Assembly: GCA_963666125.1 (NCBI GenBank)
Contig: OY762633.1
Coordinates: forward strand, 56,107 to 120,106
Reading direction: 5' to 3'
DNA length: 64,000 nt
DNA from: Dehalococcoidia bacterium
Lineage (GTDB): Bacteria; Chloroflexota; Dehalococcoidia; Lucifugimonadales; CAJWER01
Part shown: positions 37,083 to 44,348 of the stretch, one piece after another
Layout: each line of letters opens with the position of its first letter
How positions within the stretch are numbered: position 1 is the stretch's first letter
Position numbers and translations under genes: made by a program
Notes under the pieces: generated by a model
Databases searched by the model: none
What the model was told of the DNA's origin: nothing
Seen by the model: only the letters and a program-made list of their open reading frames with translations

Positions 37083-38864
37083 CTATCCAGGGAGGCTCAT
37101 GCGGGGATCACGACCATCTTCAATGGCGATTTCCAATTCGTCCTCGCACGCCTCCCACAACAATTCTGTTGGCACGACCCCCTTGCCCAATTCTCCTGAT
37201 GCCCTGAAGAAATCCCGAAGCTCTATGTCCTCTTTCGAGATATTCAAGGCTCGTCTGTAGGCAGATCTGCAGGCTCTGTCAGCAACTCTTACCATGCCAG
37301 GCATCCAGGAATCGATTTCCGATGCAAGTCTTGTGGACAAGTCGCTGCTGAAGTACGATGCCCCTGAGATGCCATAATGATCTCGAAGTATTCGCGACAA
37401 CAACCACAGCACATGGAAATTGGAGAAGCGCAAGCTTACACCATTCTTGAGCACATGCTGGAGACTCTTCCATGGCAGGATGAGCTGCTGCGCCTTCACA
37501 CCTGATGGGAATGCCCGCTCATACCATTCACGATCTTCGTGTGAACGGATTCCCTGAAACACAAAGCGTACACGGTCAAGGGCGACAGCAGGATAGCCAC
37601 GGAAGGCAAGCGAAGCCTGGGCCAGCGGCTGAACTTCAATATGTCGTTTCTTCGGTCCAGTCTTGAACCTTGCCTTCTGTTTGTCCGTGAGCACGAATCG
37701 CCAGTACCCCTGCTTGATCTCATAGTACCAGGGAGGTTGCAGCTTCTCAAAGTCAAACTGGAGCTGCTTTTGCTGCTTCTCAAAGGACGTGTAATCTTTG
37801 GCCCTGAGCGCGGTTTGCGAATTTGAAGAGGAAGCGATCTCTTCGGCCAACGCAATATCAGCCACGACCAGCTTGAGATCGACAAGCGTCTCCTTCAACT
37901 CAGTCTCCGAACGCTTGCTCAGTGTGACCGTAGTTTGACATCCATTCACGATCTGGAAGTTTCTTACGATGAGGCTCTTGCTCTCCACAGCGAATGCGAA
38001 CTCATCGCAGGTAGCGCATAGCCCATTGTTAAGCAGATGAAAGGTCTTTCGTCCATCGGAAGAATCCAGGCTGTTCTGAATGCTCTTGTTCACTTTTGCG
38101 TTAGCTATTGGGCCTCGTGGATTGAGGGAAAACAGCCGGAACCCCTGCTCATTGAAGACCCTGACGATCTCGCTTGCAGCTATCGTGGCCCTGATGGACT
38201 TCAGATCAGCATTGTCAACGACGTAGTTCCATTCACTGCCCAGATCAAGCTTCACGTCTGGGGCGTCTCCAATGAAGCCAGCCTTGTAATTATCGAACGC
38301 CTGGGCAGTGTCATTCTCATCCCACAGTTCTAGTGAGCATCTGCATACAATCTCCGTATTGTCCCTTAGTCGCAGAGGGCGCTCGCCGTCTCTCCTAGCC
38401 TGTGAGAATTTCACTGCCGCGGGAGCGAAGCCACTCTTTGAGACAAATACCATAGTGATTCGATACTCTTCCAGGAGTCTCTCATTGAGTTGTACGCTAA
38501 GCTCCCCTACCGATTGATTTTGATTCTCATTCACCCGCTCAGCATTCAGCAACTCTTCTGGAGATTGCCAGAACTTCGCAAGGCTTTCTTCGCCCACTCG
38601 ATTTTCGCCGCCCACTGATTGAAACAGGAGAATAGACTCCGATGTCTCGTCAACAAACCAGCCGTCCACTTCAAGATCGTCTTTCTTGTCTATGGCGGTC
38701 ATCTCGATGACCTGCTCGTCAGAGAGCGTGACGTCCGGGGCAACCATCTGAAATGCGGCATGCCTGAATGCCCTGCCGTCATCGCCTTCATACCAGGTCT
38801 CACTCAGTTCCCTCACGTGCTCTCGGAACTGAGTAAGTGCTATCTTCGTGGCCTTATCTGCCAT
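37083..38864 (-). CDS. AIPR-family abortive-infection (Abi-like) protein
   Basis: 593 aa. The central FQIVNGCQTT matches the hallmark NG-x-QT motif of the AIPR family. The N-terminal region (AIDKKDDLEVDGWFVDE...ILLFQSV) resembles the usual AIPR N-domain. About 48-50% GC in the lines I sampled. Confidence 0.75.
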   Translation of the reverse strand: MADKATKIALTQFREHVRELSETWYEGDDGRAFRHAAFQMVAPDVTLSDEQVIEMTAIDKKDDLEVDGWFVDETSESILLFQSVGGENRVGEESLAKFWQSPEELLNAERVNENQNQSVGELSVQLNERLLEEYRITMVFVSKSGFAPAAVKFSQARRDGERPLRLRDNTEIVCRCSLELWDENDTAQAFDNYKAGFIGDAPDVKLDLGSEWNYVVDNADLKSIRATIAASEIVRVFNEQGFRLFSLNPRGPIANAKVNKSIQNSLDSSDGRKTFHLLNNGLCATCDEFAFAVESKSLIVRNFQIVNGCQTTVTLSKRSETELKETLVDLKLVVADIALAEEIASSSNSQTALRAKDYTSFEKQQKQLQFDFEKLQPPWYYEIKQGYWRFVLTDKQKARFKTGPKKRHIEVQPLAQASLAFRGYPAVALDRVRFVFQGIRSHEDREWYERAFPSGVKAQQLILPWKSLQHVLKNGVSLRFSNFHVLWLLSRILRDHYGISGASYFSSDLSTRLASEIDSWMPGMVRVADRACRSAYRRALNISKEDIELRDFFRASGELGKGVVPTELLWEACEDELEIAIEDGRDPRMSLPG

Positions 38865-38889
38865 CCTTCATCTCCCAGTTATGCTCGCT

Positions 38890-39174
38890 TCACCAGCTCA
38901 GGTGCAGCATGATGGTGTTGCCGTCCCAGGGGAGATTCCTGATCCAGCCCAGGAGACTGTCGGAGTCCCGCGCGTGAAGATTGCGTTCCTTCATGAACTC
39001 CGCGACATTGGCCACCATCGTCGAGTAGTAGAGCTCGACGAATCTGTTGCCCTCTGCCGAAACGTTCCATTCGACGTCCTCCACCTCCGCCGTCAGGTAT
39101 TGTAGGAAATCATAGACGCTGTCGCTTGGCCTGTCGAGGTACTTGATACTGACGACGCCTACGTCCAGTCCCAT
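38890..39174 (-). CDS. Small protein, paralog 2 (94 aa, ends LPWDGNTIMLHLSW)
   Basis: GGTGAGGTGA lies upstream of the ATG. Roughly one third of residues are identical to the upstream 97-aa protein across the full length. The gene ends 25 nt before the AIPR start. Confidence 0.6.
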   Translation of the reverse strand: MGLDVGVVSIKYLDRPSDSVYDFLQYLTAEVEDVEWNVSAEGNRFVELYYSTMVANVAEFMKERNLHARDSDSLLGWIRNLPWDGNTIMLHLSW

Positions 39175-39206
39175 CGGTTCACCTCACCCGGCAAGTTGGA
39201 CCTAGG

Positions 39207-39212
39207 ATTATA
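39207..39212 (-). promoter_or_regulatory. Candidate -10 box (TATAAT on the minus strand) upstream of paralog 2 / AIPR
   Basis: A perfect TATAAT lies about 33 nt upstream of the paralog-2 ATG, preceded by an imperfect GC hairpin. Confidence 0.3.
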
Positions 39213-39271
39213 GCGGACCCGCCGGAGGTCCCGCTACAGACGGTCTGTTGAGTCATGCGGCGGTCACCTCG

Positions 39272-39565
39272 TCACCAGCTGAAGTGTAGCATAATCTGGT
39301 CGTCTTCCCACGGGAGGGCGTCGACCCAGCGCCTGATCCTGGCGGCGGCGTCCTCGGTCAGGTTCTTGCCCTTGGCGTATTCGTTCATCTCCAGGGACAT
39401 GGCCTCGCGCGAGTATTCGACTATGGTGTTCATGTCGGACGAGACCCTCCAGGTCTCCTCGTCGTTGGCGTGGAGCTCGAGGTGCCAGACGAAGTCGGAT
39501 ATCTCCTTGTCGGGGCTGGCCAGGTATTTGATTTGGGTGGGGATGACGCCGATCTGGAGGGCCAT
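39272..39565 (-). CDS. Small protein, paralog 1 (97 aa, ends LPWEDDQIMLHFSW)
   Basis: Aligns end to end with paralog 2. Shared residues include IKYL, DF, W.VS, VE, NL, LPW and IMLH.SW. Confidence 0.6.
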   Translation of the reverse strand: MALQIGVIPTQIKYLASPDKEISDFVWHLELHANDEETWRVSSDMNTIVEYSREAMSLEMNEYAKGKNLTEDAAARIRRWVDALPWEDDQIMLHFSW

Positions 39566-39596
39566 GCTGTTGTCCTGCTGTTGATGTTGCCGGGGG

Positions 39597-39984
39597 GTGT
39601 CGAGCCCCCCCCCATCCTAACCTTCCCCCGCTCAGGGGGGAAGGGATAAGGCCGGGGATAAGGGTAGTACGGGCGTTCGTGCTGTGTCAAGGGGCCGGGG
39701 ATGGATTCCCGCTTTCGCGGGGACGACGGAAGGGGGGCGCGGGGACGACCCTTCGACAGGCTCAGGGCGAACGGGTGTGGGGGAATCGGCGGAGCATTGT
39801 CCTTCGACAGGCCCTTCGACTGCGCTCAGGACAGGCTCAGGACGAACGGGGGGAGGGCGGGTTGCAAACCCGCCCCTACGATGGCCGAGGCATGGGGGAG
39901 CAGGAATGACCCTTCGACCCTTCGACGGGCTCAGGACAGGCGGGCTCAGGGCGAACGGGGGGATGGGGGTGGTACAATGGGGGT
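39597..39984. repeat. Repeat-dense non-coding block upstream of rnpB (families F, C, A, A-variant, B, A)
   Basis: Copies at 39607..39645 (F), 39697..39729 (C), 39749..39773 (A), 39791..39848 (A variant), 39849..39880 (B) and 39909..39956 (A variant). The track ORFs here are translations of repeats. Confidence 0.8.
39973..39978 (+). promoter_or_regulatory. Candidate extended -10 (TGgTACAAT) for rnpB
   Basis: The hexamer ends 7 nt before the predicted RNase P RNA 5' end. Confidence 0.45.
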
Positions 39985-40385
39985 GCGCAAGAGGGCCGGG
40001 CAGCCGCCGTTCCGATTTTGTCGGGAGGGAGGAAAGTCCGAGCACCATCGGGCGAGGATGCCCGCTAACGGCGGGGCGGGGCGACCCGACGGAAAGTGCC
40101 GCAGAAAGTTATACCGCCCCGAGCAATTCGGGGTAAGGGTGAAATGGCGAGGTAAGAGCTCACCGCTCCGGTGGCAACATCGGAGGCATGGCAAACCCCA
40201 TCCGGTGCAAGGCCGAATAGAGGGACGGCGCCCGACCAGGTCCCCGGGTTGGCCGCTGGACCCCGTTGGCAACGGCGGGGCTAGATAGATGGCTGCCGCC
40301 TTCGCGTTCATGGGGAGGAAGTCCGTTAAGGGTGTAAACCTGTGGGTGTGGGGGTACAGAACTCGGCTTACAGGCCCTCTTGCGC
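39985..40385 (+). ncRNA. rnpB: RNase P RNA, bacterial type A
   Basis: P1 pairing of gcgcaagagggcc (5') with ggccctcttgcgc (3'). Conserved regions gggaggaaagtccgagc (CR-I) and acagaactcggcttacag (CR-V). gtaagagctcaccg and ggtgaaa elements are also present. Confidence 0.9.
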
Positions 40386-40789
40386 GTCCTGGCTCTGGCG
40401 AACGGGGGGAGGGCGGGTTTCAAACCCGCCCCTACGATGGCGAGGCATGGCAAGCCCGCCGGGGATGGATTCCCGCTTTCGCGGGGATGACGGTTATGTA
40501 GGCGGGAATGACGGGTTATGTGGGGTCTCCTGGCGCGATTGGGCCGTTCGTGCTGAGCACTGCCCTTCGACAGGCTCAGGGCGAACGGGGGGGAGGGCGG
40601 GTTTCAAACCCGCCCCTACGATGGCGAGGCATTGCAAGCCCGCCGGGGATGGATTCCCGCTTTCGCGGGAATGACGGTGTGTAGGCGGGAATGACGGTTA
40701 TGTAGGCGCGATTGGGTCGTTCGTGCTGAGCACTGCCCTTCGACAGGCTCAGGGCGAACGATCTTCACCCTCACCCCAGCCCTCTCCCA
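40386..40789. repeat. Tandem array (about 2.2 copies) of a ~182-bp composite unit: [A tail][B hairpin][C][gtaggcgggaatgacgg][A]
   Basis: The string gcgaacggggggagggcgggtttcaaacccgcccctacgatggcgaggcat.gcaagcccgccggggatggattcccgctttcgcgg recurs at about 40397 and 40579. Family A recurs at 40563 and 40736. Confidence 0.85.
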
Positions 40790-42109
40790 TCAAGGGAGAG
40801 GGGGTAAGAGGAATACCTCTATCCGGTCGTCGTGGACGATGACCTTGGAGATTAGGCGGGTTACTAGGGCGCGTTTCTGGTCGAAGTCGAGGGAGGGCCA
40901 GTTGGTTAGGGCGGCTTCCGCGTTGGGCGGGGGGGAGGCGGCGGATTGGCGGGCTGTGTCTAGCTCGGCGAGGTACTCGCCGAGGGTTCGGGTGGTGATC
41001 TCGCCCCGGGCGGCGCGCCTGACGGCGTCCAGCATGCGGCGCTCGGCGTTCGCGGCCTCGGACGCCGTCGCGCCGTCGGGCTCGCCTGCGCCGCCTCCCA
41101 GTGGGCCGCGCTTGGCTGCCGCCCGCAGCTCGTCGGCCACGGCCTCGTCGAGGCTGGCCTCGCGCCAGGTGTGGTAGCCGCAGCGGCCCTGGTTGCTCCT
41201 GGACTGGCACTGGTAGTAGCGGTAGGTCCCGGACGCCCTTTCGCCGTCCTTCCGCCTCCACGAACTGCGCCTGGTCACGCCCATCATCCCGTTGCCGCAG
41301 TAGGCGCAGTGGGCCACGCCCGACATCAGGAACGGGCGCGAGCTGTTGACCCGGCCGAAGGGGCGGCGCGACCGGGCGGTCTCCTGGGCGGCCCTGAAGC
41401 TCTCCGCCTGCACGATGGCCTCGTGGGCGTTGGGGCGGCGCATGCCCAGCCTGGTGTACGTCCCGATGTAGGCGGGGTTCCTGAGGATGCCCCTGACGCT
41501 GGCGACGCTCCAGCTTCCGCCGCCGCGGGTCGTCAGCCCGCGCCGGTTCAGGTCCTGGACGATGAGCCTGAGCCCCAGCCCGTAGCGCGTGTACATGCGG
41601 AATATCATGCGCACCACCTGGGCCTCGCTCGAATAGATCTCCAGCCGCCCGCTGGGGCCGATCCTGTAGCCGTAGGGCGGACGCCCCAGGGCGCGGCCCT
41701 CCAGCGCGCGGACGCTCATCGACTCCCTAGCCCGGCCGCTCCGCTCCGCCCGCGCGTCCCCCAGGCCGAACAGGCGGATGGCGTTCTGGACGGGGTCCGG
41801 GTACTCGTCCCCCATGCACACGACCCGGACTTCGAGGCGGTCGAGGGAGACGAGGGACCTAACCGCGTCCTCCAGGCCGTCCCCGAGGTCCGCGGCCGAG
41901 TCGACGACGACCAGGAAGTCCGCGCCAACACGGTCCAGGTGCTCGAGGAGGGGCCGGATGGGGGAGTCGCCCTCGTCCTCCGGGGCGGCCTCCAGGACGG
42001 CTATGGGCTGGTGCAGGTTGAGGTAGCAGTACTCATGGAAGCGCGCGGCGAGGGACTCGGACGTCCGGCCCTCGTGCTCTCCGAGCCTGAAGTATCCGAT
42101 GGCGCGCAC
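40790..42109 (-). CDS. Large serine-recombinase homolog with a degenerate catalytic N-domain
   Basis: 439 aa. The recombinase domain (GRPPYGYRI..., VRMIFRMY, GLGLRLIVQDLNRRGLTT, WSVASVRGILRNPAYIGT) and the zinc-ribbon region (HCAYCG...YYQCQS) are clear. The N-terminus reads AIGYFRLGEHEG where Y-x-R-V-S-[ST] is expected. Confidence 0.7.
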   Translation of the reverse strand: MRAIGYFRLGEHEGRTSESLAARFHEYCYLNLHQPIAVLEAAPEDEGDSPIRPLLEHLDRVGADFLVVVDSAADLGDGLEDAVRSLVSLDRLEVRVVCMGDEYPDPVQNAIRLFGLGDARAERSGRARESMSVRALEGRALGRPPYGYRIGPSGRLEIYSSEAQVVRMIFRMYTRYGLGLRLIVQDLNRRGLTTRGGGSWSVASVRGILRNPAYIGTYTRLGMRRPNAHEAIVQAESFRAAQETARSRRPFGRVNSSRPFLMSGVAHCAYCGNGMMGVTRRSSWRRKDGERASGTYRYYQCQSRSNQGRCGYHTWREASLDEAVADELRAAAKRGPLGGGAGEPDGATASEAANAERRMLDAVRRAARGEITTRTLGEYLAELDTARQSAASPPPNAEAALTNWPSLDFDQKRALVTRLISKVIVHDDRIEVFLLPPLP

Positions 42110-42119
42110 GGGGGCACCC

Positions 42120-42821
42120 TCACGGAGCGTAGAGGATGCGGCCGCATGAGCTGCACTGGACGATCTGCTGCCCGCCGCGCGCCCGCTGGGTCTCCTGGGT
42201 CGTCAGGGACAGGCGGCACCCCTGGCAGGTGCCGCGCTCGACGATCGCGATGGCGCGCCCCCCCTTGCCCTTGCGCAGGGACTCGTACAGGGGCAGCAGG
42301 TTGCCCGGCATGGTTGGCAGCAGGGCGGCCCTGTCGGCCTGTAGCGACTCGATCCTCGCCGAGGTGTCGCGCCCCTCTTTCTTCCAGGCCCTTTCGAGGC
42401 CCGGCCTCTCGTCGCGGAGCGTCGTCGCCGTCTCCCGGGCCTCGGTCAGCACCGGCTCCAGCTCCTCCAGGTCGATCATGACCTCGAGAAGCTGGTCCTC
42501 GGCCTCCTTCTTCCTGGCCGCCGTGAATGCCTGCTCCTCCTGGGCCGCCGCAAGCTGCTGGGGGTTGGTCACGCTGCCGCCGTAGAGCCGGTCGTTCAGC
42601 CGCTCCAGGGTCGTCTCGACCTCCGCGACGAGGCGTTCGAAGGCGCGGCTCCGGGTCGAGAGGTCGGCCTTGCGCTTCTCCAGCCGCTCCAGGCGCTCGG
42701 CGGACTTCTGGAGCTCGGAGCGGTCGGCGAGCCTGTTCCGCAGAGACTCGCGGCGAGCCTCCGCCTCCACCAGCTCGAGGTCGATCTCCTGCAGGCCGTA
42801 GAGCTGCTTCACACCCCACAT
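42120..42821 (-). CDS. COG1579/DUF164-type coiled-coil protein with a C-terminal C4 zinc ribbon
   Basis: 233 aa from MWGVKQLYGLQEIDLEL. Long coiled coil, then C-terminal CQGC...CSSCGRILY. The 689-aa track ORF is an upstream read-through artefact. Confidence 0.75.
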   Translation of the reverse strand: MWGVKQLYGLQEIDLELVEAEARRESLRNRLADRSELQKSAERLERLEKRKADLSTRSRAFERLVAEVETTLERLNDRLYGGSVTNPQQLAAAQEEQAFTAARKKEAEDQLLEVMIDLEELEPVLTEARETATTLRDERPGLERAWKKEGRDTSARIESLQADRAALLPTMPGNLLPLYESLRKGKGGRAIAIVERGTCQGCRLSLTTQETQRARGGQQIVQCSSCGRILYAP

Positions 42822-42902
42822 GGCGGATAGTATACCCCAACAGGATGAATTCCACGCTGGAATGGGGCATAATTGGGGTTGTACGGGAGCGGAGCAGTCC
42901 CC

Positions 42903-44348
42903 ATGCGCATCGAGGCGGCGAGGCCCAAGACGAAGATCGTGTGTACGCTCGGCCCGGCAACCTCGACCGAAGAGGCGGTGCGGTCGCTGGCCGAGTCCGG
43001 CATGAGCATCGCCCGGCTCAACCTCTCCCACGGCGCCATCGGCGAGCACCGGGAATCGCTGCGGATCGTCCGCAAGGTCTCCGCGGACATGGGCACCCCC
43101 CTCGGCGTCATGGTCGACGTGCCCGGCATCAAGTACCGGACGGGCCCCACGGACCCCGGCGTGGTCAACCTGGCGGTGGGCGACGACTTCACCCTGACCA
43201 GCAGGGACGTAGTCGGCAGCGAGCGGCTGGTCTCCGTATCGCCGCCCGGGATCCACAGGGACGCCGCGCCGGGCAGCGCCGTCCTGCTCGACGACGGGCT
43301 GATGGAGCTGGAGGTGGCCGGGGTCGAGGGCGAGGACGTGGCGTGCACGGTGGTGAGGGGCGGGCGCCTCACCGAAGGACGGGGAGTCGCCACGCCGGGG
43401 AGGAGCCCGTCCCACACGTTCCCGAACGAGAAGGCCGTCGAGGCGCTGGAGTTCGCCGCGGAGTGCAGGGCGGACTTCGTCGCGCTGTCCACCGTCACGG
43501 GGCCCCACGACATCGCGGCTGCCAGGCTGATCCTGGAGAGGCAGGGCCACGTCCCGCTGGTCATCTCCAAGATAGAGCGGTCCGACGCCGTCGACGACTT
43601 CGAGAAGATACTGGCCGTGAGCGACGCCATAATGGTCGCGAGGGGCGACATGGGCGTGGAGGTGCGGCTTGCCAGGGTGCCCGTCCTGCAGAAGAGGCTG
43701 ATCGCCCTGTCCAACCATGCGGGCAAGCCCGTGATCACCGCCACGCAGATGCTCGAATCCATGATCCGCTCCTCGGTTCCGACGCGGGCGGAGGTCACGG
43801 ACGTGGCCAACGCGATCTATGACGGCACGGACGCGATCATGCTGTCGGGCGAGACGTCCGTAGGGCGGTACCCTGTGGAGGCCGTCAAGGTGATGGCTGA
43901 GGTGGCGCTGCAGGCCGAGGCCGCGCTTCCGTACGACGAGATGATCGCCGACAAGCTCCCGCACCTGGTGCCCCAGACGGACGACGCCATCAGCTACGAT
44001 GCCTGCCGCACGGCGCGCCAGCTCGACGCCGCGCTCATAATCGCCTTCACCGAGTCGGGAGGCACGGCGGTCCGCGTCTCCAAGTACCGGCCCGTCTCGC
44101 CCATACTGGCCCTGACGCCCAGCGAGGAGGTCCGCCGCCGGCTCACCATCTCCTGGGGCGTCATACCCATCACCGTGTCGATGATCCACACGGTGGAGGA
44201 CTTCTTCAGGGTCGGCGAGGACGCCGCCGTGAACATCTGCGGGGTAGGAGAGGGCGACCTGGTGATCCTGGTGGCGGGCCTGCCCATCGGGGTTCCCGGG
44301 GGCACGAACCTGCTCAGGGTGCTCACCATATCCGACGGGGCCGGCTGA
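42903..44348 (+). CDS. pyk: Pyruvate kinase
   Basis: RPKTKIVCTLGPAT, ARLNLSHG and MVARGDMGVE motifs. Start chosen at MRIEAARPKTK. Confidence 0.9.
   Translation: MRIEAARPKTKIVCTLGPATSTEEAVRSLAESGMSIARLNLSHGAIGEHRESLRIVRKVSADMGTPLGVMVDVPGIKYRTGPTDPGVVNLAVGDDFTLTSRDVVGSERLVSVSPPGIHRDAAPGSAVLLDDGLMELEVAGVEGEDVACTVVRGGRLTEGRGVATPGRSPSHTFPNEKAVEALEFAAECRADFVALSTVTGPHDIAAARLILERQGHVPLVISKIERSDAVDDFEKILAVSDAIMVARGDMGVEVRLARVPVLQKRLIALSNHAGKPVITATQMLESMIRSSVPTRAEVTDVANAIYDGTDAIMLSGETSVGRYPVEAVKVMAEVALQAEAALPYDEMIADKLPHLVPQTDDAISYDACRTARQLDAALIIAFTESGGTAVRVSKYRPVSPILALTPSEEVRRRLTISWGVIPITVSMIHTVEDFFRVGEDAAVNICGVGEGDLVILVAGLPIGVPGGTNLLRVLTISDGAG

Noticed and set aside
39430-40674. ORFs overlapping rnpB and its flanking repeats (39632..40048, 39684..40136, 39701..40288, 39946..40311, 40160..40453, 40342..40674). 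Likewise ORFs over the tmRNA (3119..3709, 3142..3438, 3337..3702).
   Set aside because: The region is explained by structured RNA genes with conserved motifs and by dispersed repeats. The peptides are the usual repeat translations (PFDRLRANG, GRVSNPPLR, DSRFRGDD).
39597-40789. Possible CRISPR array, suggested by regularly recurring ~30-bp hairpin repeats.
   Set aside because: The recurring units are contiguous composites of several different repeat families, with no unique spacers of uniform length. The same elements occur singly all over the window, rnpB sits in the middle, and no cas genes are present.
42120-44189. 689-aa ORF (track) and the 946-aa ORF at 57886..60726 (track).
   Set aside because: Both are read-throughs upstream of the true starts. 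The real genes are the 233-aa zinc-ribbon protein (start 42821, upstream part antisense to pyk) and acs (start 60003, upstream part overlapping the FGE gene region out of frame).
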